From Dehalococcoidia bacterium (GTDB lineage Bacteria > Chloroflexota > Dehalococcoidia > Lucifugimonadales > CAZENU01): a stretch of DNA of 64,000 nucleotides. The notes under the pieces are model-generated. The model did not search any database, had not been told where the DNA came from, and saw only the letters and a program-made list of their open reading frames with translations. Shown piece by piece: positions 39,643 through 49,576 of the stretch (positions are counted from its first letter, which is position 1; each line of letters opens with the position of its first letter). Position numbers and translations under genes: made by a program. The DNA lies in NCBI GenBank assembly GCA_965222125.1, contig CBDCTC010000002.1, positions 41,270 through 105,269 on the forward strand, in the 5' to 3' direction.

Positions 39643-39735
39643 CATAGCAGGTCTCGCTTCGCCCGTCATTGTCCTCGCGTGGGGCGGTACAAGACGGCGC
39701 GCCGGCCTGATGTTCAAAGGCGTCTCCCCATGACC
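39643..39735 (-). ncRNA. yybP-ykoY (Mn2+) riboswitch-like element, antisense to the adjacent transporter
   Basis: Minus strand reads GGGGAGACGC...AACATC...hairpin...GCGAGACC, like the GGGGAGUAGC...GCGAGACC hallmark; not tested with a covariance model. Confidence 0.45.
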
Positions 39736-39755
39736 AACGCGGATTCGGAGTTGTC

Positions 39756-40973
39756 GTGTCGCCGTTAGAGGCCATCCGCCACCGGTCGCTTCTGTGGATG
39801 TGGGTATTCGCGCTGTTCGCAGTCCCGGGGTTTCTCGTACGGTTCACCGACGTCCATATCGAACCCCCGGTCCTCGCCCTGATATTCGGGATCGGCATCG
39901 TAGGCGGGGCCTTCCTGCTCTCCTGGGCCGCCGAGGTGGCGCAGATCGACATCTCCGCGTCGCTGGCCATTGCCGTGCTGGCGTTGATCGCGATTCTGCC
40001 CGAGTACTCCATCGAGGCGGTGTTGGCCTGGAAGGCCGGCGCGAGCTTCGACCTCGTGACCCGCGAAGTCACGGAACGCATGGAGCTCGTCGCCGCCAAC
40101 GTCACCGGCGCCAACCGGCTGCTCGTCGGCCTCGGTTGGCCTGTGGTCATCCTGATCTTCTGGCTGAAGAGCCGCAACCCGCTCGACCTCCGGGGCAAGA
40201 TCTCCCTGGAGCTGATAGTGCTTTTGCTGGCCACGCTGGTAACCTTCTCGATCTTCTTCATGGGGCAGGTACACCTGGTGGTGGCGGGGGCGCTGATCTG
40301 CATGTACCTCGTCTACCTGTGGATCAGCTCGACCCACGACACCGAGGAGCCTGAGCTGGCAGGCCCGGCGGCGACGATAGGCTCGCTGCCCACGCACGCT
40401 AGACGTATCGCCGTCCTCACGCTGTTCGTCTACTCGGCCGTGATAATAGTCATGGCCGCCGAGCCGTTCGTCGAGGCGCTCGTGGAGACGGGCGAGAAGC
40501 TGAACATTGACGAGTTCATCCTCATCCAGTGGATCGCTCCGCTGGCATCGGAGTCCCCGGAGATCATCGTGGCCGCGCTCTTCAGCCTGAGGGCCAACCC
40601 GCAGGCGGGGCTCACCACGCTGATCTCGGCCGAGGTCAACCAGATGACCCTGCTCATCGGCAGCATGGTCCTGATCTTCAGCCTGTCCGCGGGCCAGGCC
40701 CTGAACTTCCCCCTGGAGGAGCGGCAGACGATCGAATTCCTGCTGACCTCCGCGGTATCGGGGTTCGCCCTGGCGCTCATGCTGCCCCGGGTGGTCGGCT
40801 GGAAGACCGGGGCCGTGCTGCTGGGCCTGTTCCTCGTCCACCTGCCGTTTGTGGACCCCGAGCAGCGGCGCCTGTTCACCTACCTGTATCTGACACTGAC
40901 CGTCGTAGTCACAGCCTGGAACTGGCGGATCCTGCGCGACATGGTCGGCCGATTCCGAACCCGTTCGGCGTAA
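39756..40973 (+). CDS. Ca2+:cation antiporter (CaCA / Na_Ca_ex) family protein
   Basis: Alpha repeats A.LPEY...AANVTGAN and PLASESPE...S..NQ.T; about 11 TM helices. Confidence 0.88.
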   Translation: MSPLEAIRHRSLLWMWVFALFAVPGFLVRFTDVHIEPPVLALIFGIGIVGGAFLLSWAAEVAQIDISASLAIAVLALIAILPEYSIEAVLAWKAGASFDLVTREVTERMELVAANVTGANRLLVGLGWPVVILIFWLKSRNPLDLRGKISLELIVLLLATLVTFSIFFMGQVHLVVAGALICMYLVYLWISSTHDTEEPELAGPAATIGSLPTHARRIAVLTLFVYSAVIIVMAAEPFVEALVETGEKLNIDEFILIQWIAPLASESPEIIVAALFSLRANPQAGLTTLISAEVNQMTLLIGSMVLIFSLSAGQALNFPLEERQTIEFLLTSAVSGFALALMLPRVVGWKTGAVLLGLFLVHLPFVDPEQRRLFTYLYLTLTVVVTAWNWRILRDMVGRFRTRSA

Positions 40974-41119
40974 CGACGTCAGCCCTCCAGCGGAGTTGCG
41001 GCTTCAGAGGATCCGGGGTCGGACCCGCTGGCGTTCCTCGTTCACCGATTGCACGCCCTTTGCTACACTGTGGCCGGGATGGGATGGCCGCCTGTCGGGC
41101 GGAGAGTTGAGGCGACGAG

Positions 41120-41482
41120 GTGACCAGGGTGCTGACAAAAGAGCACGCGCAAACGGCGCGAGAGTTTCTGCACGCCGGGGCGCGTGAGCTCGCATCCGGG
41201 GACGAACTGCAGGGATCGGAGAAGATGTGGGGAGCGGCGTCCCACGCGATCATGGCGGTCGCCCAGCAAAGGAGTTGGCCGTATGGGAACCATCGTGCGA
41301 TGGTCAACGCCGCCCGCCGCATAGCGGACGAACTGAACGATGACGGCCTGCGGGCCGGGCTGGCGGCGGCCCAGCACTTCCACGCCAACTTCTACCACGG
41401 TTTCATGGAGAATGAGGACGTGGAGCCCAACGCCGAGCTCGTGCGCCGGTTCGTCGACCGGATGCTGACGCTCTCCGCGTGA
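41120..41482 (+). CDS. PaREP1/HEPN-like small protein
   Basis: GD.LQ.SEK.WGAA.....AVA..R.W...H, A...H.NFY. Confidence 0.7.
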   Translation: MTRVLTKEHAQTAREFLHAGARELASGDELQGSEKMWGAASHAIMAVAQQRSWPYGNHRAMVNAARRIADELNDDGLRAGLAAAQHFHANFYHGFMENEDVEPNAELVRRFVDRMLTLSA

Positions 41483-41502
41483 CGGTACGAGAACTCAGTG
41501 AC

Positions 41503-41887
41503 ATGGGACAGCTCAGCGTAACGATAGAGATCGGCGACGTCGGCGCGGAGAACTTGGAGGAGATGGAGGCGCTGGTAGACACCGGCGCGACCACTACCGT
41601 GATTCCGGGTTCCGCGCTGAGGCGGCTCGGCATCTCCCCCGCCCAAGCGTGAGACGTTCGAGTACGCCGGCGGCGAGCGCGTCGAACTGGACATGGCCGA
41701 GGCGAGGGCGCGAGTTGCCGGCCGCGAAACGACGACGTGGGTCATCTTCGGCGAGGAAGGAACGTCCGCACTGCTGGGGGCGTACACGCTGGAAGGCGTG
41801 TTCCTGGCCGTCGACCCTTATGGCCAGAAGCTCATCCCCGTGCGTGGACTCTTGAAGACGTCCGCGCATCCGTTGTCGCGGGGTTAG
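41503..41887 (+). pseudogene. Clan AA (retropepsin-like) aspartyl protease, +1 frameshift at ~41641-41644
   Basis: ALVDTGAT in the first frame, LLG..TLEG..L.VDP in the second; extra C in a C-rich tract. Confidence 0.75.
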
Positions 41888-42010
41888 TCTCAGGCCAACC
41901 GCCGCGGGCGGCCGAAGCGCTTTTCCCGCACGTTCCTCGACCACCGAACCGGGTGACATACCCCGTCTCCCCGTCAATTCGGTGCGACGGACGGACGAGC
42001 CCGGAGTCTT

Positions 42011-43000
42011 CTAGCTGCGGCGTTCCAGCACGTAGCCGACGAGCATCTCCAACGACTCGGCATGGGCGTTGCGGTCGAGGCCTGCCAAGCATTCTACGGC
42101 TTTGACGCCGTAGTCTCGAGCCTGCGAGTAGGCCTCTTCGATGACCGAGCTGTCGCTTGCGGCCGCTACCGCTGCCGCGAGGGTGCGCTGGTCCTCAGGG
42201 TCGTTGAGGTAGTCCAGGATCGGGCTCGCGCCGTTGCCGCGCTCCATAGCTATCAGCGCCGGCAGCGTCAGGATGCCGTGCGCGAGGTCCTGGCCGACGG
42301 GCTTGCCGAACTCCTCGGGGTCTCCCTCGAAGTCGAGGATGTCGTCCACGATCTGATAGGCCATCCCGACGTTGTAGCCGTACCCCCGAAGCTTGACCAC
42401 AATGTCTTCCGCGGCGCCGCTGAGAATCGCGCCCGACTCCGCCGCCGTCGTGAACAGAGACGCGGTCTTGTTGTAGATTCGGTCGAGGTAGGAGCCCATG
42501 TCCTTCGCGGCGTCGTACACGCCGGCGCTCTCCTCAAGCTCGCCCCGGGAGAGCTCCATGATCGTCTCGGCGAACCGCTTGATGACGCGGATGTTCTCCG
42601 TGTCGCAAACGAGCGTCGCGGACGCGGCGAAGATGTAGTCGCCGACCAGCACTGCCGCGGTCGTGCCCCACCTGCTGCTCACGGTAGGCCTGCCCCGGCG
42701 GGTGTCCGCCTCGTCCACCGTATCGTCGTGCACCAGCGTCGCGACGTGGAGAAGCTCCACCGCGGTCGCCATGATCTCGGCCGTGCGCCCGTCGGTCCGG
42801 TGAAAGCCGGTCGCCAGCAGCGTTATCGTCGGACGCAGCCGCTTGCCCGTGCGCTGCAGCACGTGGTCTAGCAGCTCGACCAGCAGCGGCTCCTTCTTGG
42901 CGGCCAGGCTGCGGAGACGGTCGGCAGAGCGTTCGAGCCCCTCCCGCACCGGCTCGCAAACGCGGTCGAGCGTGGTAGACGTCGTGATGCTAGCGGCCAA
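42011..43000 (-). CDS. Polyprenyl diphosphate synthase
   Basis: GKRLRP, LVHDDTVD...RRG, KTASLF, YQIVDDILD, GKPVG.DL. Confidence 0.93.
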   Translation of the reverse strand: MAASITTSTTLDRVCEPVREGLERSADRLRSLAAKKEPLLVELLDHVLQRTGKRLRPTITLLATGFHRTDGRTAEIMATAVELLHVATLVHDDTVDEADTRRGRPTVSSRWGTTAAVLVGDYIFAASATLVCDTENIRVIKRFAETIMELSRGELEESAGVYDAAKDMGSYLDRIYNKTASLFTTAAESGAILSGAAEDIVVKLRGYGYNVGMAYQIVDDILDFEGDPEEFGKPVGQDLAHGILTLPALIAMERGNGASPILDYLNDPEDQRTLAAAVAAASDSSVIEEAYSQARDYGVKAVECLAGLDRNAHAESLEMLVGYVLERRS

Positions 43001-44657
43001 TGCGATGACTCTCTTCCTCGATAATCGACTCGTCGAGCTTGACGAACAGCGGCTCCGGATTCTGAAGTCGAGAAGAGCCCACGAGCGCCTCGGGATCCCA
43101 GGACCAGCCCTGGTCCTCGACACCGCCGTCAAGGCCCAGCATGGCGTGCAGTCTCGCCGAGCTGAACGGCAGGACGGGATAGAGCGCGATCTTCAGACAG
43201 TTGATCACGGCCAACGACACCCAAAGCGTGGTGGCCGCCGACCGCCTATCTTCCTTCACCGCCTTCCACGGCTCCTTACGGTCGAGGTATCGATTGGTGG
43301 CTTGGGCCAACGACATTGCCGCGCTCAGGCCTGCGCGGAAACGGCACGCGGCGATGTTATCCCCCGTCTCGTCGAAGCGCCGCCGCGCGGTCGCCAGCAG
43401 CTCATTCGCATCGGCGTCCAACTCTCCTCGATTCGGCACGGCGCCGCCGAAGTTCCGGTAGGACATCGTCAGGACGCGATGCACCAGGTTGCCGTAGGTG
43501 GCAACCAGCTCGTCGTTGTTGGCGCGCACGTATTCCCGCCACGTGAAGTCGGAGTCGCTCGTCTCCGGCATGTTGGACGCGAGCACGTACCTGAGCGGAT
43601 CGGGCTCGTGCCGGTCCAGGTATTCGGGCAGCCAGATGGCCCAGTTGCGGCTGGTCGATATCTTCTGCTCCTCCAGGTTGAGGTACTCGTTTGCCGGCAC
43701 GTCGTAGGGCAGATTCAGGTTGCCGTATCCGAGGAGCATGGCCGGCCAGATGATCGTGTGAAACGGGATGTTGTCCTTGCCCATGAAGTAGTAGGCCCGG
43801 CAGTCCTTCTGCCAGAAGTCACGCCATCGGTCCGGCTCTCCGGCGCGGGACGCCCACTCAATCGACGCCGAGAGATAGCCGATGACCGCCTCGAACCAGA
43901 CGTAGATGCGCTTGCCCTCGTAGCCGGCCAATGGGACGGGCACGCCCCAGTCGATGTCCCGGGTTATCGCTCGGTCCTGGAGCCCACCTCCGAGGAATCC
44001 GACGGAGAAGTTCCGCACGTTCGGCCGCCAGTGCCCGCGCTCGCCGACCCACTTGAGCAGCTGGTCTTCGAAGGCGGTCAGCTTCAGGAAGAAGTGCTCG
44101 GTGTCCCTGATCTCCGGGGTGTCGCCGCAGAGCAGGCACACCATGTTGACCAGCTCTTCCGGGTCCAGAGTGCGGCCGCAGTTATCGCACTGGTCGCCCC
44201 GCGCGCTCTCGAAGTCGCAGTGTGGGCAGACGCCTCCCACGTATCGGTCGGCCAGGAAGCGGCCGTCCGTGACGCAGTACGGCTGCGTCATCGTGTCCTT
44301 GTAGATGTAGCCGTTCTCGTGCAGCCGCAGGAACATGTCCTGTGCCACGCGTTGATGGTTGTCCGTGTGAGTTGAGGTGAACAGATCGAAGCCGATGCCC
44401 AGCCGACGCCAGTTGTCGACGAACTCGTCGTGGTACCGGCTGAACACCTGCTCAGGCGAGACGCCGCGCTTCTCGGCCTCGAGGGTGACCGGCGTCCCGT
44501 GGGAGTCGCTGCCCGATACCATCAGCACGTCGTTGCCCTTGAGCCTGTGGTAGCGGGCGAAGATGTCCGCCGGCAGATAGCAACCGGCGGTCTGGCCGAG
44601 GTGAATTGAACCGTTGGCGTAAGGCCAGGCGACTGCTACGAGAATGCGCTCTGACAT
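42990..44657 (-). CDS. metG: Methionine--tRNA ligase
   Basis: AWPYANG..HLG, SGSDSHG, zinc knuckles, YVWFEA, GKDNIPFH, KISTS. Confidence 0.96.
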   Translation of the reverse strand: MSERILVAVAWPYANGSIHLGQTAGCYLPADIFARYHRLKGNDVLMVSGSDSHGTPVTLEAEKRGVSPEQVFSRYHDEFVDNWRRLGIGFDLFTSTHTDNHQRVAQDMFLRLHENGYIYKDTMTQPYCVTDGRFLADRYVGGVCPHCDFESARGDQCDNCGRTLDPEELVNMVCLLCGDTPEIRDTEHFFLKLTAFEDQLLKWVGERGHWRPNVRNFSVGFLGGGLQDRAITRDIDWGVPVPLAGYEGKRIYVWFEAVIGYLSASIEWASRAGEPDRWRDFWQKDCRAYYFMGKDNIPFHTIIWPAMLLGYGNLNLPYDVPANEYLNLEEQKISTSRNWAIWLPEYLDRHEPDPLRYVLASNMPETSDSDFTWREYVRANNDELVATYGNLVHRVLTMSYRNFGGAVPNRGELDADANELLATARRRFDETGDNIAACRFRAGLSAAMSLAQATNRYLDRKEPWKAVKEDRRSAATTLWVSLAVINCLKIALYPVLPFSSARLHAMLGLDGGVEDQGWSWDPEALVGSSRLQNPEPLFVKLDESIIEEESHRIGR

Positions 44658-44738
44658 TTTCCCAAACAGGACCCCGCTTTCGTTGGTTGTTCATGCTATC
44701 ACAATCAAGCGGGCGCCAAGGGACTCCGGCAGCGGCCG

Positions 44739-45563
44739 TCAGCCGTATGCATCGATCCAGAGCCGGTAGACCTCGCCGCGCGGCAGTCCTGTCTGTTCGG
44801 CGACCAGATCGACGGCCCCGCGGGCGCGCATCCCACCGTCCTTGAGACGTACAAGCAGCTTCACGGCCTCCTCGCGGTTTTGGGGCTCGGGCGACCGGGG
44901 AGAGGCTCCCTCGATCACAAGCGTGACCTCGCCTCGTGGCTCTTCGAATCGGTCTATGGCCTCGGACAGCGAGCCGCGGAAAATCTCTTCGTGGAGCTTC
45001 GTAAGCTCCCGGGCCACGACGACGCGGCGGTCCCCGAGAGCGGTCAGCAGGTCGACAAGGGCGGCCTTCAGTCTGTGAGGCGTCTCGAACGCCAGCAGCG
45101 GCCTCGTTCCCGCCGCCTCCGACTCGAGCAGCAATAGCCGGTCCCTACGCCGCCTCGGCAGGAATCCCAGGAAGACGAACCCGTCCATCGCCATTCCCGC
45201 GACGGAGACGGCGGCCGTCGGCGCGGATGCGCCCGGGACTGCGACAACCTCGAAGCCCGCCGCGGCGGCCGCAGTGACGAGCTGAGCCCCCGGGTCGTTG
45301 ACGGCCGGCGTGCCCGCGTCGGACACCAGTGCAATATTATGACCCGCGGCAAGCATCTCCAGCAGCTCAGGCGACTTCTTCGCGGCGTTGTGCTCGCGGT
45401 AGCTGGTCAGCGGCGTGTCGATTTCGTAGCGCGCCAGGAGCTTCCGGGTGACCCTCGTGTCCTCGGCCGCGATGAGGTCAACCTCGCGGAGCACGCGAAG
45501 CGCCCTCACGGTGATGTCTTCAAGGTTGCCGATAGGCGTGGCCACGACGTAGAGTGTAGACAT
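44739..45563 (-). CDS. rsmI: 16S rRNA (C1402-2'-O)-methyltransferase
   Basis: LYVVATPIGNLEDIT.RA, AEDTR, SDAGTP, ARELTKLHEE. Confidence 0.95.
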   Translation of the reverse strand: MSTLYVVATPIGNLEDITVRALRVLREVDLIAAEDTRVTRKLLARYEIDTPLTSYREHNAAKKSPELLEMLAAGHNIALVSDAGTPAVNDPGAQLVTAAAAAGFEVVAVPGASAPTAAVSVAGMAMDGFVFLGFLPRRRRDRLLLLESEAAGTRPLLAFETPHRLKAALVDLLTALGDRRVVVARELTKLHEEIFRGSLSEAIDRFEEPRGEVTLVIEGASPRSPEPQNREEAVKLLVRLKDGGMRARGAVDLVAEQTGLPRGEVYRLWIDAYG

Positions 45564-45662
45564 AGTGCACGCGGAGGGGGAGTTGGCGTATTTTATCAGA
45601 GTGACTCTATCGCGGTTGACGCGCCGGCGCCGCGCGTCAACGCGGACACCGATGCATGGAAC

Positions 45663-47228
45663 ATGACCGACGAAAACCTGCACCCGTCCGATCTTGCGCC
45701 CCGTCCCCGGGCGATGTCTGCAATCGCGGGCCTCGCGGCCGGGCTCGCCATGGTCGCGTACACGCTCGCCGTGCGCGTCGCGTTCGGCGCGTTGACGATC
45801 ACCGAGCTGGCAGCCGACTGGTTCACCTCCGTGCTGCCGCCGGAGATGATCGACTACCTGCTCGAGAGCCTCTCGTACTCCGCAAAGCCGCTGATGTTCG
45901 CCGGCATGCTGGTCGCGCAGGTGCTGGTGGGCGGCTTGGTCGCGCTCGCGTTCGTCGCCATCCCAAAGTCGTGGCCGACGACGGGCCTGCCGGGATGGGC
46001 GCGGGCGCCTCTCTTCGCCACCGCGCTGTGGCTCGTCAGCATGTTGACTCTGGTGCCTGCGTTCGACGGCGGATTGTTCGGAACGTCTGCGCCCGGAGGC
46101 GCCGGCGGATTCGCGCTGGCAAGCCTGGGCGCGTACCTCGTCTATGGCGTCTCGCTCGCCTACCTGATGTCGTGGATCGCGAGGCAGTCCCAGGAGGGTC
46201 CGACTCACCCTACGAGAAGGCTGGTCATCAGGCGCATCGCGACGTGGGCCATCATCGGCGTCGTGCTCGGTGCGGGAACCAAGGTCTTGCTCGACCGCCT
46301 CGGCTCGAGGATAAGCACCAGCGGCGCGTTCCGGTCCCACGGGGCCCTGTCCACGCTGGTCACGCCGAACGAGGAGTTCTACATCGTCTCCAAGAACATC
46401 TTCGACCCCGAAGTCGACGCGGCGGGCTGGGTGCTGGAGATAGACGACCAGGTCGAGGAGCCGATGTCCCTGACGTACGACGACCTCCTGGCCCTGCCGT
46501 CCTTCGAGGAGTTCGTCACGCTGGAGTGCATCAGCAACGAGGTGGGCGGAGACCTCATAGGCAACGCGAATTGGAAGGGCGTGGCCCTCAGGGAGATACT
46601 CCAACGGGCCCGTCTCCGGCCCGGAGTCGTCGACATATCGTTTGCGGCCTCGGACGGCTACTCGGAGAGCATATCGGTCGACCGGGCCCTCAACACCGAC
46701 GTAATAGTCGCCTACGAGATGAACGGCGAGCCGCTCTCCAGCAGGCACGGGGCCCCTGCCCGCCTCATCGTGCCGGGCTTCTTCGGCCTCAAGAGCGTCA
46801 AGTGGCTGACGAAGATTTCCCCGATCGACCGCGACTTCCAGGGCTACTGGCAGCAGCGCGGCTGGACCGACAACCCGATAGTGAAGACGATGTCGCGCTT
46901 CGACATCCCGGCGACCAACTCCAGCGGTGTGGTGGGCGCGGTCGACCTCGGGGGCGTCGCCTTCGCGGGAACGCGCGGCATATCGGCGGTGGAGTTCAGC
47001 CTGGACGAAGGGCAGACATGGACCGAGGCCGAGCTGACCGGGCCGCTTTCGCCCTATACGTGGGTCATATGGACGGCATCGGCGTCCGTGGAGCGCGTCG
47101 GCGAGATACGGGCGGTGGTCCGGGCGACCGACGGCGACGGCAACGTTCAGACGGAGGCCCGACAGGGCACCCTGCCCAACGGCGCGACAGGCCACCACAC
47201 GATCCGCGTCCGCTATCGCGAGGCCTAG
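45663..47228 (+). CDS. Membrane-anchored sulfite oxidase family molybdoenzyme
   Basis: N-terminal TM helices; TPNEEFY, TLECISN, W.GV.L, HG.P.RL.VPG.FG.KSVKW, GYW..RGW. Confidence 0.88.
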   Translation: MTDENLHPSDLAPRPRAMSAIAGLAAGLAMVAYTLAVRVAFGALTITELAADWFTSVLPPEMIDYLLESLSYSAKPLMFAGMLVAQVLVGGLVALAFVAIPKSWPTTGLPGWARAPLFATALWLVSMLTLVPAFDGGLFGTSAPGGAGGFALASLGAYLVYGVSLAYLMSWIARQSQEGPTHPTRRLVIRRIATWAIIGVVLGAGTKVLLDRLGSRISTSGAFRSHGALSTLVTPNEEFYIVSKNIFDPEVDAAGWVLEIDDQVEEPMSLTYDDLLALPSFEEFVTLECISNEVGGDLIGNANWKGVALREILQRARLRPGVVDISFAASDGYSESISVDRALNTDVIVAYEMNGEPLSSRHGAPARLIVPGFFGLKSVKWLTKISPIDRDFQGYWQQRGWTDNPIVKTMSRFDIPATNSSGVVGAVDLGGVAFAGTRGISAVEFSLDEGQTWTEAELTGPLSPYTWVIWTASASVERVGEIRAVVRATDGDGNVQTEARQGTLPNGATGHHTIRVRYREA

Positions 47229-47237
47229 GGCGACAGG

Positions 47238-48146
47238 GTGTCCGCCGCTCTGCCTCTGTACCTCGACCACGTCCTCATCGGCGTTCGTAACCTGGGGTCG
47301 TCAGCGAGCGTTTTCGCGAGCCGGCTCGGATTTACGCTGACGCCGGAAGGAGTCCACCCCGGCAGGGGTACGCACAACCGACTGGCCGTCTTCGCAAACG
47401 AATACCTCGAGCTGATCGCCGTTCGGGACTTCGCAGAAGGCGTATTCCGACCGTCCTTGAACACCTTCCTCAAGTCGAGCGAGGGCCTGTACATGTTCGC
47501 CGTCGGCACCCATGAACTCGACGGCACTGTGTCAGAGCTGCGGCGGCGAGGCGTCGACGTCTCCGACCCGACGCCGGGGGCGCGATCGGCCGGCGACGGC
47601 GGCCCCGGCTACACGTGGCGGTCGGCGACGATCGCAACGGACGCCACGCCGGGCAGCGAGACTTTCCTGATTCAACACGACGTTGCAATTGGCGAACGGT
47701 ACACCGTACCGGCGAACCCAACCAGGCACGCCAACAGGGCGACGAGGGTCCACAGACTCGTTCTGGCCGTTCACGACGCCGACAGCGCGGGCGCGGCCTG
47801 GGCCAAGCTGGGTCGGGAAAGGGCCGCGCCGACCCCGAACGGGGCCGCCGGGCGCGTGCGGATGGCGCTGGCCAACAGCTACCTGGACCTGGCGGCGCCA
47901 ACGGGGCCCGGCGCCATGGCGGACTTCCTGCAGGAGCACGGGGAAGCGCCGTACGAGCTCGTCTTGGAGGTAGCGGACGCAGCGGCGACCGTGGAGCTGC
48001 TGAGGACTTCCGGAGTAACAGTCACGGAGTCGACGAGTGAGGACGGAACAGCCGAACTCAGGCCGGAGCCGGCGCAGGCCTGCGGAGTACGGCTGGCGTT
48101 CCGACAGCGGACGGTCGGCAGAGCGGCCGCAGTCAGCGGCGAATGA
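47238..48146 (+). CDS. VOC family protein (Glyoxalase_3)
   Basis: LDHV.I.V..L, G.HPG.GT.N, YLELI, FLIQ. Confidence 0.82.
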   Translation: MSAALPLYLDHVLIGVRNLGSSASVFASRLGFTLTPEGVHPGRGTHNRLAVFANEYLELIAVRDFAEGVFRPSLNTFLKSSEGLYMFAVGTHELDGTVSELRRRGVDVSDPTPGARSAGDGGPGYTWRSATIATDATPGSETFLIQHDVAIGERYTVPANPTRHANRATRVHRLVLAVHDADSAGAAWAKLGRERAAPTPNGAAGRVRMALANSYLDLAAPTGPGAMADFLQEHGEAPYELVLEVADAAATVELLRTSGVTVTESTSEDGTAELRPEPAQACGVRLAFRQRTVGRAAAVSGE

Positions 48147-49065
48147 TCTTGCCGCCGTCCCGCTTCCAGCGCGCGCTGAGGAATTCGCTCGCGCGGAGCA
48201 GGCGCTCCAGCGTCTTGTAGGTCGAGTCCTTGAGCTTGCCCACTCCCAACGCCGTGGCCGCGGCCGACGCCGCCGTATTGCCATAGACCGATTGGCCCGT
48301 ATTCGGCGCTCTTCTCGCCCAGGCCGCGTCGACTTCCGGGCCCCACGTCTCAGGGTCCACTCCCTCGCCGCCCTCGCCGTTCGACTCGAGCAGCCTGACC
48401 GACACGTCTCCCTTTCCGCGGGGCCGGATCACGCTGACGGCCGGCGCCGCCTCCAAGTACTTCGTGAACGTCGAGTGCCCCAACGTCCTGAAGTCGAAGC
48501 TCGGATCGAGGCGCTGCATCGCCTGATGGAGTCGGCTGCCCGTGGCAACGCCGTCGTCGTCCATAGACGCCCGGACGGCGCGGACCAGGAGCCCGACGTC
48601 CTGCACCTCGTCCGGCGCCGCCGCGGTCGCGGAGGCGGTCTTCGGATCCAGGTAGAAGTATCGGTCGCACGATCCGACCAGCGTACGCGAGGCCACCGCG
48701 CTCGGCCCGGCGCCGATGACCGTCTTGCCCGCGGCGCGCAGCTTGCCGACCAACGGGACGAAGTCGCTGTCCGACGACACGACGACGAAGGTGTCCACCG
48801 GCGACTGGAAGGACAGCTCGATGGCGTCGATCGCCAGTCGGATGTCGGCGGAGTTCTTGCCGGTGCCGGAGTGGAATACGTGAATCGGCTCAATGCCGAG
48901 CGCCTGCAAGCGGTCTCGGTCTCTGGTCCTCGTGCCCGACCAGTCCCCGTATGCACGCTTGACGATGATCCGCCCAACGTTGGCGAGCTGGTCGAACAGC
49001 TCCTGCACGGGACTCAGTCCGACGTTCTCGACGTCTATCAGTACTGCTATTTGCCCCTCGGCCAT
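48133..49065 (-). CDS. NYN domain protein with OST-HTH/LOTUS domain
   Basis: AVLIDVEN, RAYGDW, GKNSADI.L.IDA, SSDSDF, DPSFD.R..G..F. Confidence 0.9.
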   Translation of the reverse strand: MAEGQIAVLIDVENVGLSPVQELFDQLANVGRIIVKRAYGDWSGTRTRDRDRLQALGIEPIHVFHSGTGKNSADIRLAIDAIELSFQSPVDTFVVVSSDSDFVPLVGKLRAAGKTVIGAGPSAVASRTLVGSCDRYFYLDPKTASATAAAPDEVQDVGLLVRAVRASMDDDGVATGSRLHQAMQRLDPSFDFRTLGHSTFTKYLEAAPAVSVIRPRGKGDVSVRLLESNGEGGEGVDPETWGPEVDAAWARRAPNTGQSVYGNTAASAAATALGVGKLKDSTYKTLERLLRASEFLSARWKRDGGKIIRR

Positions 49066-49216
49066 ATGGTATCTCTCCGCTGTCGGTCCGCCATCGTTGG
49101 ACGTAGAAACGCTCAGGCGAGGCTTGAGCCGCGCTCGACCGGGACCGACCTGTTCAATAGTACCCGATTTCCCAGCTCCCGTTTTCCGCGCAGCGAGCGA
49201 TCGGCGACGAGGCGGG

Positions 49217-49576
49217 CTATCCCATGCGGCCGAGGCGTCCGCCGCCGAGAACGTGCAGGTGGAGATGGGCTACCTGCTGCCCGGAGTCGTTCCCCTGGTT
49301 GATGACCAGACGGTAGCCGGTGTCCTCGATGTCCGTGAGCCTCGCCGCCTCGGTGGCCGCCTCGAACATGCTGCCCAGCATCGTGTGGTCGAAGATGGAC
49401 AGGTCGGTCAGATAGGTGAAGTGCTTCCTGGGTATGACGAGCAGATGGACCGGCGCGGCCGGAGCGATGTCCCGTACCACGAAGCACACGTCGTCCTGGT
49501 ACAGGACTTCGGCGTCCAGGACCCCGGACTCTACCCTGCAGAAGATGCAGTTCTCGTCCGACAGGCGCTGCGTCAT
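49217..49576 (-). CDS. Histidine triad nucleotide-binding (HIT) protein
   Basis: CIFC, DI.P.AP.H.LVIP, GQ.V.HLHLHVLGG. Confidence 0.93.
   Translation of the reverse strand: MTQRLSDENCIFCRVESGVLDAEVLYQDDVCFVVRDIAPAAPVHLLVIPRKHFTYLTDLSIFDHTMLGSMFEAATEAARLTDIEDTGYRLVINQGNDSGQQVAHLHLHVLGGGRLGRMG

Noticed and set aside
38504-40303. Long antisense ORFs (also 3563-5200, 5597-7240, 13020-14555, 50100-51599, 59836-61392)
   Set aside because: Shadow ORFs typical of high-GC coding DNA opposite well-supported genes
44739-47270. 843-aa ORF suggesting a large RsmI fusion
   Set aside because: The upstream part is the antisense shadow of the molybdoenzyme gene; RsmI starts at 45563
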